DNA of 64,000 nt from the human T2T-CHM13v2.0 reference genome, Homo sapiens, in NCBI RefSeq assembly GCF_009914755.1, contig NC_060934.1. One strand, 5' to 3'. A program made the translations under genes and the position numbers. A model generated the notes under the pieces. The model was not told the DNA's origin, did not search any database, and worked only from the letters and a program-made list of their open reading frames with translations. Below are positions 20,591 to 38,575 of this stretch, one piece after another. Every line of letters starts with the position of its first letter. The first letter of the stretch is position 1.

Positions 20591-21598
20591 CAACCATGTA
20601 GTTAATGGATTCCATCAGGGCAAGGGCCATGACTTATCTGCTTTTGTATTTTCAGGGCCTGCCATGTAGACTATGCTAAATGAATGTTTCTAGAATGAAA
20701 TATAGTTTACTGGGGAAGGCCTTTCGGCATATAATTTTTGAGTTGAGACCCAAGTTGTTGCAGAATCTTAAGAAAGGTTTTGCCTTTCAAAGGTGTAAAA
20801 AATAGCACAAGACAACATTTCCCAGGTGGTTTCCAAAATACTCCTGCTAGGGCATGCTTTGTGGGAAAAGGGTTTGTTTGGTAGTCAGATACTTTTAGAA
20901 AATGCTGTCTGTTGGACCTGTGCCCTTCACCCTTCTCAAGACACACTAGCAGATTGAAGCTTTTGAGATGTTCTGTGGGAAAGAAACCCTTTTAATCTTT
21001 AAAACGTTTTGACAAAGCATTTTCCCTACCCTTTTTCCCCAGATAATGCCTTTTTAGAACCTGCAGAACTAATGTCCTGAGGTATTTTCTTTGGAAACTG
21101 CTCACATAACCAAAAGTATAACAGTAGGAATTAACACTTCATGTGTGATGATGACCTATAATTACCTAGAATTGGAGAGGCCACTCTGGGAAGTTATAAG
21201 AAAAGAGATAAAGGATTAGGCAATATTAAGGGAAAGACATTTTTCTATGGTAGGCTCGACGTTTGTATTTTGGTATAATTGCTCTAAATTGTCCTGGTCA
21301 GTTATAAGTATTAAAATAACTGTAGTATAGATGATAGCAGACAGGTTTGAGCATGGAAGGATTGGATTTGGGTAACGGCTACTGGAATGCAAAAGGCAGT
21401 AGGAAGTCAAAGACAGTAGATGAAGGATCTGTAGAATCTGGTAACTAATTAAATCTGGAAAAACAACTTGGATGTTTTAATTCAAAGATCTAAGTGGTCT
21501 ATATACTTTTTGGATGTATAGTTAGACTAAGGTGAAAAAGAAACATTGTATTATTGACAGCTGAAAAGATGTGTAACAGCAGGGAGTAGTTTCTATAA

Positions 21599-21920
<322 letters not shown>

Positions 21921-22540
21921 TCTATAGGTTTTTAAATTTTAGTTTTGTTTATTTTGTTTATATTTTAACAGGATAAAATTTATTATAATATAGTTTGCCT
22001 TCTAAAAAGAGTCCATATAGAAATCACTAACTTAAACTGAATTCATACACAAACTTCAAATCACATCAGAAGTTTTTCCTGGAAAAATTAGGTCCTCTTT
22101 TTTCAATAATTGGGGCTTGTTTATCAGAAACGACTTAGTGATAACAAAGCAAGACACATTTTTGTATTATTATACATTTAATTTAGACGATGGGGAAATT
22201 CCTTCACACTACCTCATAACATAAAGCAGGTTTATTAGGCCTTAAGAATCATAGAATATTTATACTTTTCATGTAAAATAGAAAACCTAATTTTCCAGCC
22301 ATTCATGCTAAACAGCAGGGTTAAAGTAATGATCAGGAAGACTTTATACGTTTTAAAATAAGGTAGTTTTCATGAGACATTTTGCAGTGCTCCCTTGGTA
22401 ATGTTCATATTCAGTGAGCAGAAAAGAAAAGATGAGAGAGTTAGGACTCTACTATTGAACCTGTTTCTTGAAGAAAACAAAAACCAGATAGTACAATTGG
22501 ATGTCAGAAATGATTATTAGAAAGCTAGGTAAAAACAGTA

Positions 22541-22877
22541 CAGGTTGAATATCCCTTATCTGAAATGCTTGGGACCAGAATTGTTTCAGAATTTGGAATT
22601 TTTTGGATTTTAGAATATTCGCATATACATATGAGTTACCTTGGGGATGAGAGCCAGGTCTAGACACGAGATTCATTTATGTTTCATATACACCTTATAG
22701 TCTAAAGGTAATTTTATACAATATTTTTAATGATTTTGTACAGGATACAAAGTTTTGAGCCATAGCATGAGGTCACATGTGGAATTTTCCTTTTGTGGCA
22801 TCATGTAAATGCTCAGAAAGTTTCAGATTTTGGAGCATTTCAGATTTTGGATTTTTGGATTAGGGATGTTCAACCTG
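22541..22877. mobile_element. Tigger4/MER46-type MITE
   Basis: TA|CAGGTTGAATATCCCT...AGGGATGTTCAACCTG|TA terminal inverted repeats with TA TSD. Confidence 0.88.
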
Positions 22878-22935
22878 TATTTCCAAATACTTAAGATAGG
22901 GCCTTAATTTGTCTTCCTTTTTATTGTCTTTTCAG

Positions 22936-23059
22936 ACAAATGACCATGGAAACAGTTGAATCCCAGCATGATGGAAGTATAACAGCTTCTTTGACAGAGA
23001 GCAAGTCTGCTCATGTGCAGACTCAGACTGGCCAAAATTCAATCCCTGCTTTAGCTCAG
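22936..23059 (+). CDS. CREM: CREM exon B: MTMETVESQHDGSITASLTESKSAHVQTQTGQNSIPALAQ (ATG 22940)
   Basis: Polypyrimidine tract plus cag| at 22935, donor CAG|GTAGGC at 23059; CREB/CREM-type MTME start. Confidence 0.97.
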
Positions 23060-24455
23060 GTAGGCAATAGGCAGGCACCGTTGAAAGTCAAAATATATGG
23101 AAATGAGAATTAGGTGCAGATTCTGTTTTCTTGCCATTGATCTTAAATTTTCCATGTTCCCTGGTTATCAGCCATTCTTGCTTATTTGATTGTGAAGAAA
23201 AGATACGTGTTGTAATTAGCCTTGCATTTTAACAGACATTCAGCAGTGCCCCATCTCCATTGCCACCACCACTATGGAAGGAAAAACAAAAACCCTTCCT
23301 GAATATGTAATCCTCAAAGTATGATTTGAGAGGGTTGCTAATTCGAAATTGATACAGTTCTGATGTCCTTAGCTGTTAAGATGACAGAAATCTTACCATT
23401 TTCCCCGTATATATTTGTCTTAATCATTACTTTCTTTTCAGTTAGGTCTCGAACTTTGAATTGGTTTCATTCAGAGGTCACCAGTATCAGTTAGTACCTG
23501 TTTCTAGATCCTAAAATTTATTTCTGAGATATCTATTAAAAATATAGTAAAAATAAACACATTTGTTAGTTCATCAAATATTTATTGAATGTCTGCTGTG
23601 TCTAATTATTCCGGATGCATGTGGATATGTAGTTTCAGGACTTAAATATCCCATGGTTTGGTAGGGTAGACAGATATTTTAGCAATAATTCCAGTAGGGT
23701 AAGAAGTGCTGTAAGATACTATGTAGAAAATGAATAAGGCCTACAGAAGAGGGAGCAGCCAGCTGACTAGGAGTGCTTTATATATCTCCTTTGAGCTAGG
23801 CACAAAGGATGAGTAGGAGTCTGCCAGGTTGATAAGGTGAGGAAGCATATTCTAGGCAGAGCGAAGAGTGTGCACAGAGGCACAGAGCCAGAGCATGGGA
23901 TGTTCAGGGAACTATGGGTATTGAGTTTAACTGGAGCCAGGTGTCTGGGCTGGGCAGTCCAGCTGGTAAAGGTAAGTAGAGGATCGTATACATTTCAGGG
24001 TTTAGAGTACACTGTACTCTAAATAGTATTGAAATATTTTCAGGTGCCCACCGTATTTTCAGTTTTGACACTAGTAGCCATGTGGAGGTGGAATTGAAAG
24101 TCAGTGAGTCGGAACTGAAGACACCATCAGGGTGCCTGGTGGAGTCAAAGTAGCGTGAGATACAGAGCAGTGGTGAGACCTTTGTGGTACATTAAAGGGA
24201 GAATAAAAAGGACCTGGTGGTTGACTGGAAGGCCCAGGGGAAACACCAGGCACTTCTTGGGTTATATTAGGCCAGACTGGTGTGAGAGCTCTCCTTTCCT
24301 GTGCACCCAGCCTGCTTTTCTTTCCTCTTTAAAGCTGCCAACACCCACTCGTTCCCTGCAGGTTTTCTGCGGTATTCTGTAGAGCTGTATCTCCCTAGCA
24401 ACACCTTTTGTTACACTGAGAGACAGGCATTTAGGTTAGGCCAGGCCTTTTGCTT

Positions 24456-24458
<3 letters not shown>

Positions 24459-24520
<62 letters not shown>
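24459..24520. repeat. (CA)31 microsatellite
   Basis: Uninterrupted CA run. Confidence 0.97.
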
Positions 24521-24525
<5 letters not shown>

Positions 24526-25121
24526 GTTAAAAAAAATGCATGTTCATTGTAGAAAATAAATATTAAAATGAAGAATATAAAAACTATCCATAATCTTAAC
24601 ATCCAGAGATTTAATCATTGTTAACATTTTGGTGTAGCTCCTTTAGTCTTTTTGTCTGTGTGAATAGAATAGAAAGCATATACTTTTTCTCATGATTTTG
24701 GGATTTTCCAGAATCTTTAGAGCTATGGTTTCTGGTCAGTAATTCTGCCCTTTGCTGAAGTTGTAGTTGAAAGCACTTTCTTTTTTTTTTGGTAGAGACA
24801 AGTTCTCACTATATTGCCCAGGCTGGTCTCAAACTCCTGTGCTGAAGCAGTCCTTGCACCTCAGCTTCCCAAAGTGCTGGAATTACAGGTGTGAGCTTCT
24901 TGTACCCAGCCTGAAAGTACATTTTCTTCCTTCTGACTCTACTTCCTTCTAGGTGGGTCCCGGCTCACTAAGTTCTACAGATGCCTTTTGCCCCAGAATT
25001 CTGGGGCTGAAGTCCCAGCAATAGATTTCCATTATCTAAATATGGTAATTTGCAATTCTGAGGACCTTCAGGCTGGGCGACAGCCACCTCTGTGAGCCTC
25101 ACTCAGAAATTGCCAACAGGT

Positions 25122-25413
25122 GGCCAGGTGCAGTGGCTCATATCTGTAATCCCAGTACTTTGGGAGGCCAAAGCAGGTGGATCGCTTGAGGCCAGGAGTC
25201 CGAGACCAGCCTGGCCAACATGAAGAAACCCTGTCTCTACTAAAAATACAAAACTAGGTGGTTATGGTGGCACACGCCTGTAGTCGCAGCTGCTCGGGAG
25301 GCTGAGGCACGAGAATCACTTGAACCCAGGAGGCTGAGGTTGCAGTGAGCCAAGTTGGAGCCACTTCACTCCGGCCTGGGTGACAGAGTGAGACCCTGTC
25401 TCAAAAAAAAAAA
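25122..25413 (+). mobile_element. Alu (S-type)
   Basis: Dimer; TSD TTGCCAACAGGT. Confidence 0.9.
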
Positions 25414-25540
25414 GTGTTGCCAACAGGTTAAGTAATGTGGAGTCTGAAAAGTAGTCTTAGGTTTCTGAGGGCTTGAAAGTGTTGCCAACAGGTTAAGTAA
25501 TGTGGAGTCTGAAAAGTAGTCTTAGGTTTCTGAGGGCTTG
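25411..25540. repeat. Perfect 65-bp tandem duplication
   Basis: 25411-25475 is identical to 25476-25540. Confidence 0.95.
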
Positions 25541-25917
25541 GAATTGAATAGGAGACCAGTGGACAGAAACTAGGTTTTAGTAGGTTATAGAATAAGTAAG
25601 AGGAGGGGAAGTGGAAGTTGGAAGTATAGACTCTTTTAAGAAATTTGTCTTGAACTAATAGAGAAAGATGGGTTTGTGAAACAAAGGGGTGAGAACTGGG
25701 ATGTGAGAAATTTGGGAATGTTTTGAATAAAATGGAACATTATAGAGACTTGTGAGAAGGCAGAATCAAGGAACTAGAAAAAGCCTGTGTTTACGTTTGT
25801 AATGCTTCTTTAAAAATCTCAAATAATGTTGTATGCTAATAAATATTGATAGTTATTAAATCTGGATAGTAAATTCTTGGAGTTTTGCTGTTTTTCTATT
25901 TTATATTGTTAGAAGTA

Positions 25918-26255
25918 TTTTTTTGTTGTTGTTTTTGTTTTGTTTCGTTTTGTTTTTTTGAGACAGAGTCTCACTATGTCACCCAAGCTGGAATGCAGTG
26001 GTGCAATCTCGGCTCACTGCAACCTCTGCTCACTGCATCCTCCACCTCCCGGGTTCCAATGATTATTATGCCTCAGCCTCCCGAGTAGCTGGGATTACAG
26101 GCATGTGCCACCACGCCCAACTGATTTTTGTGTTTTTAGTAGAGAGGGTTATGCCATGTTGGCCAGGCTGGTTTTGAACTCCTGACCTCAAGCAGTCCAC
26201 CTGCTTTGATCTCCTGAAGTGCTGGGATTACTGGTGTGAGCCACTGCACCTGGCC
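25918..26255 (-). mobile_element. Alu (S-type)
   Basis: Dimer with small internal duplication. Confidence 0.88.
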
Positions 26256-26544
26256 TGTTTGAAGTATTTGATCAAACTGAAACTATGGTTTTTATCTTTC
26301 ACATGCTAGAAATATAGAGATTAAGAAGTAATCTGTATGCCGACTTATGGATTATTTTAGTTAACTAAGAATTATCCTCCATGCCATGCATGGATCATGA
26401 TTTTTTGAAGAATTAGAAGACAATTCTTAGCAGTCAGAATTTTCTGAACATAATTACTCATTAAAGTTCTTGTGACACCAGCAGCTGTTCGTTTATGAGT
26501 ATTGTTACTATCATACAATAGTATATGTCTTACAAGGAGTAGGA

Positions 26545-28612
26545 AATCAAGCTGAACTCTATTAACCCTATGATGTATGCCAAAAGTGACTGACTCTTCT
26601 GAATTTCTGATGGCTTCATATTTACTTGCCACTTGTCTCATTTTTCTTCAGACTTGAGGATTGTAAATTTCCATATGTTTTAGATTTAAACTTAGTTGTG
26701 AATAAAGAGGAATTTCTGACACTCACCTTCCTTGTTTATATGATCAGATTATCAGTAAACAGTGTGGGAACAAAAGGCGTAAGCAGAACGTTCAGTGGGT
26801 TTGATTCTTTGCATCTAAGGTCATTTGATACTGGTTGTTTTGATTGTCCTGGCCTTTCCAGAGCTTCTGCTAATCAAGAATATACTATGAAAATCATCAG
26901 AGACCTAGCAACTGTTGAGCTTGGTTTTGGCTGTCAGGCCCCTGTTCTGCTGATGGATTGAGGTGAGGTGCAGGTACACCAGGGGACACTGGAGTTTTGC
27001 TTTTCTGTTTTATAACTTTGTAGTAATAAATGGAGCCTTTCTCTTCTGTTTGAAAACAAAATCACGGTGGTGGTAATGTCAAAAAGTTGGAAGCAGGAGT
27101 TGCCATCAACAAATCCTAGTACGGCAAATAACTGGAAGTTAAATGTTGTCTTGGCTTTCTTCTTGCCTAAATTATTTTTATGCTGATTTATTTTTAATGG
27201 AAGCTGGTATCTTATTTATTAAGTACGTGTGTTGATATACAGGACTAGACTCGCTGGATTCTGGTAAAACTGTTGATAATAAGTTGGAGAGTCCATTTTA
27301 AATAACCTGGCCAGGAGGAAATCTTTTCCAGAAATCAAAATGGTGAAAAGCAAAAATATTGTATGTACAATACAAGTAGTTTTAAAATAGTGACACTTAC
27401 ATCCTCCGGAAATAATATTGTTTTTAAATGGGTAATGGGAAGTTAAAACTTCTTTTGTTGTGAAAGACTTCAAACATACATAAGAGTAGAAGAATGATTC
27501 CACATATATATAAAGTTAGTAATTATTAAGATTTTGCTAGACCAGGCATGGTGGCTCATGCCTATAATCCCAGCACTTTGGGAGGCTGAGGCAAGAGGAT
27601 TGCCTGAGCCCAGGAGTTCAAGACCAGCTTGAGAGCTTGTCTCTTTAATAAAAAATAAATTAATACAACAAAAATTTTTGCCAGGTGTGATGGCATGCCC
27701 TTGTAGTCCCAGCTACTTGGGAGACTGAGACCAGTGGATTGCTTGAGCCCAGGAGCTCAAGGCTGTAGTGCACTGTGATCATGCCTATGAATAACCACTG
27801 CACTCCAGCCTGACGACATAGCGAGACCTTGTCTCAATAAAATTAAAAAAAAAGATTTTGTAGCACTTGCCTCATCTATCTTCTTTTTTTCTTCTTGTCG
27901 CTGAAGTATTTTAAGCTGCTCAGCAGATCTCAGACATCATGTCATTTTACTCCTACTTACTTCTGGGTATACAACTCTTAAAACATTATGGACATTTTCT
28001 TATATAACAAAATGTCATTATACCTAGTTAAGTATAATTAATATGCAATCCATATTCATTTCACAAATGTATGATCTACTCTGAAGGCAGTAGAGTGGAC
28101 ACCTTGAACTTTTCTTGTTCCTAGACTCTTGGGAATTGGTAACACTGCCATGAAGACCTAGGTGGGTAAGGTCATTCAGATGGAGCCAGTGGAAAGGATG
28201 TACCTTAAAACTGACTTTCTGAAGTATAATTCTCCATAGCTGCTGCTGAAGCCTGGAGGCCTCGACTCTGAAAGCTAAATAACTCTTCTTTATAAATGAC
28301 TACTTCTCAAGGTTTCAGCAAAGATAGAAGGGAAAGATGAAAGGAGCAGTATGCTAGGAGTCAAAAGGGGGGAAGGAAACTCTGGAGATTGTCAAGGTCA
28401 GCAAACTGCCTCGAGAGAATTAGTTCTGATATAACACTTAACCTCTCCAAGGACCTCTGTATTTTTGGAAACAAGGAGACACTAGGGAGGCAGAGAAAGC
28501 CGCTAGGGAATGTTGTTCAGAGATTATACTCTCCTAATCAAGCTGAACTCTGTTAACCCTATGATGTTTGCCAAAAGTGACTGACTCTTCTGAATTTCTG
28601 ATGGCTTCATAT
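26545..28612. repeat. Dispersed 77-bp direct repeat (26545-26621 and 28536-28612)
   Basis: 75/77 identical by eye. Confidence 0.93.
27540..27853 (+). mobile_element. Alu (J-type)
   Basis: Diverged dimer; TSD AAGATTTTG. Confidence 0.85.
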
Positions 28613-29944
28613 CTTATCCTTTCTTATCTTTTCCATTCTAAGTGCACAATGTGTAAGGAGTCCCTCGGAATAAAGCAGCCCTGGCATGCCATCGGGGATT
28701 GAAGTAGGAACGATTTAACAAGGGATACTTGGAAATGTTGTCATGTGCGAGTTGTAAATTTTCTTTTTTAATCTGGTGGAAAATTGGAATGGCATTTCTC
28801 TGTTTTGCCCAGCTATGCCAAAAATCTTCTTGGTCCCACATAGGCCTAGGAAGGATGTAGATGGCAATCACAAAACAAACAAAAAATGAGCAAACAAATA
28901 GAAGACCTCAAGCAACATTTTCTCTTGTTAATAGGTTAGCAACCTCATATTTGTATATTAAAGAGATCTGCATTATGTTAGGTTGATTTCATATAATTTC
29001 AGCTAAGTAGATCTAGTTTAAGGTCAGTGTTTTATTGAATCTTGTATTTTAGCTTCAGTATATTAATTTCCTTAGCTGAGGGACTCCTACTGAAGGAGAA
29101 AAGTGTTCCTGTTAAAATTTTGAAATAAAAGTTTCTGTTTTACTGTAGATTTTTTCACTATTGCTCCTTATTTTTATGTATTCTTTCCCCTGGCTGTTTT
29201 TCATGGTTCATATTTTATCTGTTACACAGAACATTTGTATTCTGTTAGAATTATCTATAAAAATGAACAAAGGATGGAAGAAAAAGGAAGAGAGTAATTT
29301 TTTTCAATAAATGCTAAATCTGTATTATAAAATGTTCCTTAGTCATCCAATTCAGAAAAACCCACTGCTTTGAACCGTAACTCATTATTGAAGGTAATTC
29401 AAGGTTCAGAGGCCATAATAAAAAGTAACTGGTGAACTGTTAATATTAGTAACCAACTTTTTTCAACTTCAACAAGAATTTGTTATGTATCTGTACTCAT
29501 ATTTTGATAATTTTGTATATAATAGCTAGTATATTTCTTTAAAAGTTTGTTTTTGGCTTTAGAATACGCTTTTATGTTTTCATCCCAGTAGTGTATTAAA
29601 GGTGACAGTACTTTGCTTTAAATAAATTTTGATGTTGCAGAGGTAATTTCAGGAAGTATAAAGCAATCAGAGTCAAATTTCAGAAAAATTTTGGTTTTAT
29701 AATTACAATAAAAATGCATACAAATTTATTTTAGTGTTTGAGAGACTGTTAAAGATTTTTTTGTAATTTGTAATGATTATGAGGTTTGGATACTCGTAGA
29801 AAATGTTCAAGTTCCCTTTCTTAGTTTTACTAATGGGTAGTTTGTCACTAGCAGTAATGAAAAAATAACTGAGTATAAATACAGTTACTCCTTTTGCCTT
29901 TTTCTGTATGATTTTCTTTAGTAAAAGAGTAAGCTGAGAGGACG

Positions 29945-30100
29945 GAAAAATGGGGAGTCATTTTTTAATGGGTATGGAGTTTCAGATTTGCAAGATGAAA
30001 AAGTTCTGTAGATCTGATTAACAATAATGTGAATATACTTAACACTACAAACTACACTTAAACAGTGAATATGTTATGTGTCTTTTACCACAATAAAAGA
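29945..30100 (+). mobile_element. Old L1M 3' end fragment
   Basis: TTTAATGGGTATGGAGTTTCAG...TTTTACCACAATAAAA. Confidence 0.65.
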
Positions 30101-30180
30101 TAATGAATAACAAAAAAAATAGGCTAGACATTGAAATTTGAAAAAAGAAACATTAATTTTATAGTTTCTTTTTTGAGTAA

Positions 30181-31131
<951 letters not shown>

Positions 31132-32069
31132 GAGACTATTTTCTTTCCCTTATTTTATCGTTTGTTATTATAACCCTTGTAAATCCCAGACTATTAAGAA
31201 TTATATTTGGAAAACAGAGGCTTTGGGAAATTTCTGCTTCATTGCATAGTTGTGACGATATCTTCATAGTGCTCTCCACAAATGTGGATTTTTGTAGCCC
31301 TATCAGAGATAAAACTGTAGTGGTTTTCTTAAAAGGTATAGGGGAGAAAAGCCTGGTTATGGTAATGAATGTATTAGGTAGAGACAATGTTAGATGAAGA
31401 AAACAGACATAGTTCAGGAAAAACACATGTCTTTAAACAGGTTTCATTCAGAAGTAGACCTCTATTTTGGCAGATAATAACTATTTTCCTTTAAAACAAT
31501 GCATATAAAGATGCAACAACAACAACAAAAACTACAGGTCAATATCCCTGATGAACATAGGTACAAAAATCCTTAACAAAATACTAGCAAACCAAATTCA
31601 ACAACATATTAAAAAGATCATTAACAGTGATCAAGTACCATTCATCCCAGGGATGCAAGGATGTTTCAACATATGCAAATCAGTAAACCTGATAAATCAC
31701 ATCAACAGAATGAAGGAAAAAGACCATATCATCATCTCAATACATGCATAAAAAACATTTGAAAAATTCATTATTTCCTTATTATAAAAACTCTCAACAA
31801 ATTACATAAAGAAGGGATGTACCTCAGTGCAACAAAGGCAGTATATGACACACCCACAACTAACATCATGCTGAATGGGGAAAGGTTGAAAGCTTTTTCT
31901 CTAAGATCTGGAATAAGATAAGGATACCAGGCCAGGTGTGGTGGCTCACACCTGTAATCCCAGCACTTTGGGAGGTTGAGGCAGGCGGATCGCTGGAGCC
32001 CAAGAGTTAAGAGACCAGCCTGGGCAACATGGTGAAAGCCTGTCTCTACCAGAAAATATACAAATATTA

Positions 32070-32237
<168 letters not shown>

Positions 32238-32874
32238 TCACAGATGCCCATTTTTGCCACTTCTATTTAGCATTGTACTCAAAGTCCTAGCCAGAGCAAT
32301 TAGGCAAAAGAAAGAAAAGGCAACTGAATTGGAAAGGAAGAAGTCAACTTTTCCCTGTTCATAGATGACATGATCTTACATATGAAAACCTTTAAAAAAA
32401 GGAACAAAAATTAGAAAACCTTAAAGATGCCACCAGAAAAACCTGTTAGATCTAATACATGAATTCACTGAAGTTGCAGGATATGAAATCAACTTATAAA
32501 AACCAGTATTGTTTTTATGTACTAATAGTGAACTACCTGGAAAAAATATCAAGAAAACTCTATTTACAATAGCTATGAAAAAAATACTTAGAAATAAATT
32601 TAAGCAAGGAGGTGAAATATCTGTACATTGAAAACTATAAAAAACATTGATGAGAGAAATTGAAGGAGACACAAGTAAATGTTCATGGATTGGAAGAATT
32701 AGTATTGTTAAAATGTCCATACTACCCAAAGCGGTCTACAGATTTAGTGCAATCCCTATCAGAAATATCAATGACATTCTTCACAAAAATAGGGAAAAAC
32801 AATCCCCAAATTTATACAGGACCACAAAAGACCCCAAATAGCGAAAGGAATATTGAACCAAAAGAATGAAGCTG

Positions 32875-33861
32875 GAACCACTGCCATGGCCAGTCCATTG
32901 CAGGGTATCCTGCAGCTGCTACAGACCGAGAAGCAGGCTGCTGAGAAGGTTTCCAAGGCCCACAGGCAGATGAACCGGGGGCTGAAGCAGGCCAAAGAAG
33001 TAGCTTAGGCTGAAATTGAACAGTGCCGCCTGCAGAGGGTAAAAAGAGTTCAAGGCGAACGAAGCTGAAGCACTGAAGTGGAGAAGGAGGCCCAGGAGAA
33101 AAGATGATCACCCTCCAGACCTACTTCCAGCAGAACAAGGATGAAGTCTTGAATAACCTCTTGGCCTTTGTCTGCAACATCCGGCCAGAAATCTGTGAAA
33201 ACTGCTGCATAAATGGGTAGGAGAAGAAAAAAGCACCTGTTCTATGAATTGGCATTTTAGATGCTCTCATGGAATATGAAGCTTCAACATAGCTCAAGTT
33301 ATATTCTTAAGGCATTAAATTATTTCTGTATATTATATAATAGGTCCCTCCACTTTTTGGAGAGTAGCAAATATAGTGTTTTTTTTTTGTTGTTTTGTTT
33401 GTTTTTTTTTTTTTTTTACAGACTTAGAACTTATCTAAAGATTTCATGTTTCTTAGAAAATTAATTGGTATATGTTGTCTATTTTTATATGCCTTTTGGT
33501 TCAAGCAACATATATATCAGTGTTGACATTTTCTTTCTTAGATCTAATTAAACAAAACCAATTTTTTTTGAAGAAAGAAAGTGATTAAATAATTTTTCCC
33601 CCTAATGCATTCTTGAATTCATCAGGGCTTTATCTATGAAAAAGTAGTAAATAGTTATTTGTAACCTATGTGAAGCAACATTCAGCCTTAATCTATTCCT
33701 GCTAATGATTAGAACAACAATATTGGTATAGTTGTTTGGGTTGCTTTTAGTTTCTCTTAATCATGTTTACTAGATGATAGAACTTAAGAACTTGTTACAT
33801 CTTATTACTTGGTGTATGATAATCATTTGAAAGTCAAGACTCTTTGTCATGCAGGAAAAAA
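32875..33861 (+). pseudogene. Processed pseudogene of ATP6V1G1 (V-ATPase subunit G1)
   Basis: ATG 32886, MASPLQGILQLLQTEKQAAEKVS...KQAKE, C-terminal LQTYFQQNKDEVLNNLLAFVC.IRPEI...ING* (33218-33220). Intronless; premature TAG 33006-33008; frameshifts and a deletion; 3' UTR and A tail; TSD 32860-32874 and 33862-33876. Confidence 0.93.
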
Positions 33862-34531
33862 AAAAGAACAAAGCTGAAGGCATCACACTACCTGACTTCA
33901 AAATATACTATAGAGCTATAGTAATTAAAACTGCATGGTACCAGCATGAAAACAGATACATTGATCAATGGAACAGAATATAAAGTCCAGAAATAAAACC
34001 ATGCATTTACTTACACCAACTTATATTCAACAAAAATGGCAGGACCACACAATGGGGAAAGGGCCATTTCTTTAATAAATGATGTTGGGAAAACTAGATA
34101 TTTACACAGAAGAATGAAATTAGGCCCTTGTCTCTCACCATAAACAAAAATCAACTCTTGAAAATGGATTAAATATAAGACCCAAAACTATGAAACTACT
34201 ACAAGGAAACAGGAAACTCCTTGACATTAGTCTGGCCGATGAGTTTTTTGATACAACCTTAAAAGCACAGGCAACAAAAGCAAAAATGGACAAACAGTAT
34301 TACGTCAAACTATAAAGCTTCCCCACAGCAAAGGAAACATTCCACAGGGTGAAGAAGGGACCTACAGAATGGGAGAAAATATTTGCAAACTATACATCTG
34401 ATAAGGGGTTAATATCCGAAACACAGAAGGACTCAAACAACTCAATAGTAAGAAAACAACCTGATTTTCTAAAAATGTGCAGAAGACCCGAATAGATTTT
34501 TCTCAAAAGAAGACATAAAAATGGCCAAGTA

Positions 34532-36254
<1,723 letters not shown>

Positions 36255-37507
36255 GCTCGACATCATTAATCATCAGGGAATTGCAAATCAAAACTACAAT
36301 GAGATATCACCTTCCTCTTGTTAGGTTGGTTATTATCAAAATGACAAAAGATAACAGATGTTGGCAAGAATATGGAGAAAAGGGAACACTTATACACTGA
36401 CGGTGGGAATGTAAATTTGTATAGCCATATGGAAAACAGTATGGAGGTTCCTCCAGATATGAAAAATAGAAGTACCAGATGATCCAGCAATTTCATTACT
36501 GGGTATCTATCCAAAGGAGATGAAAGCAGTGTGTGGAAGAGATATCTGCACTTCCATATTTATTGCAGCACTATGCATAATGGCCAAGATACGGAATCAG
36601 CCTCGGTGTTCATCAGTGGATGAATGGATAAAGAAAGTATGGTATGTATACACAATGGAATACTATTCAACCATAAAAAAGAATGAAGTGTCATTTGCAA
36701 CAAGATGGAGGAATCTGGAAGTCATTCTGTTAAGTGAATAAGCCAGGCCCAGAAAGACACATACTGCATGCTCTCACTCATGTGTGGAGTCTAAAAAGTT
36801 CTCATAGAATTAGAGGGAAGAATGGTGGTTACCAGAGGTGGGGGTGCTTAGGCAGAGGGAAGGATGGGGAAATGTTGGTCCAAGAATATATAATTACAGT
36901 TAGGAGGAATGAGTTCAAGAGAGCTATCATACAGCATGGTGACTATAGTTAAGGACAATGTATTGTTGAAAAATGCAGAGATAGTTGAATGTTAATAATG
37001 TTCTCACCACAAAAACAACTATGTGAGGTAATGCTATTATTAATTAGCTAGATTTAACTATTACATAATGTATATATACTCCAAAACATCATGTTGTACA
37101 TGATAAATGCAATTTTTTCTGTCAATTCAAAATGTAAAGTAAGAACATTTAAAAGGTACATCTCCAACCTCCACATGCTTTCCTTGCCCAGTCTTTCTCT
37201 CCTGCTTGTCTCTCTCCCTGTCAGTATGAGACACCCTCTCTAGGAAGCCGCTGTCATCCTTTACAAAGAAGGAGTCCAGAATCTAAAATCTTACACAGCC
37301 TGCTTCAGGCAGTACTGAAGCCTGGACTTCTCAGAGGCCACAGTAGAGGCCAGTTGTAGCAAATTTGGTTGAAAAAGCAAGAATTATTTTTAAGTTTTTC
37401 TAACCACCTGAGCTCCATTTGCCCAGTTGTGAGATTAAACACTTTCTTCGGGCACCAGCAAATCATGGCCACCAGAAAATAAAATCAAATACAAAATAAT
37501 AATTAAT

Positions 37508-38575
<1,068 letters not shown>

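Noticed and set aside
28211-28237. CTTTCTGAAGTATAA shared with 54618-54646 in the templated insert
   Set aside because: A 15-bp match is near chance expectation for all-versus-all comparison in 64 kb of AT-rich DNA, so it cannot be claimed as a second template.
32886-33220. Possible functional V-ATPase G retrogene
   Set aside because: In-frame stop at codon 41, frameshifts and an internal deletion.
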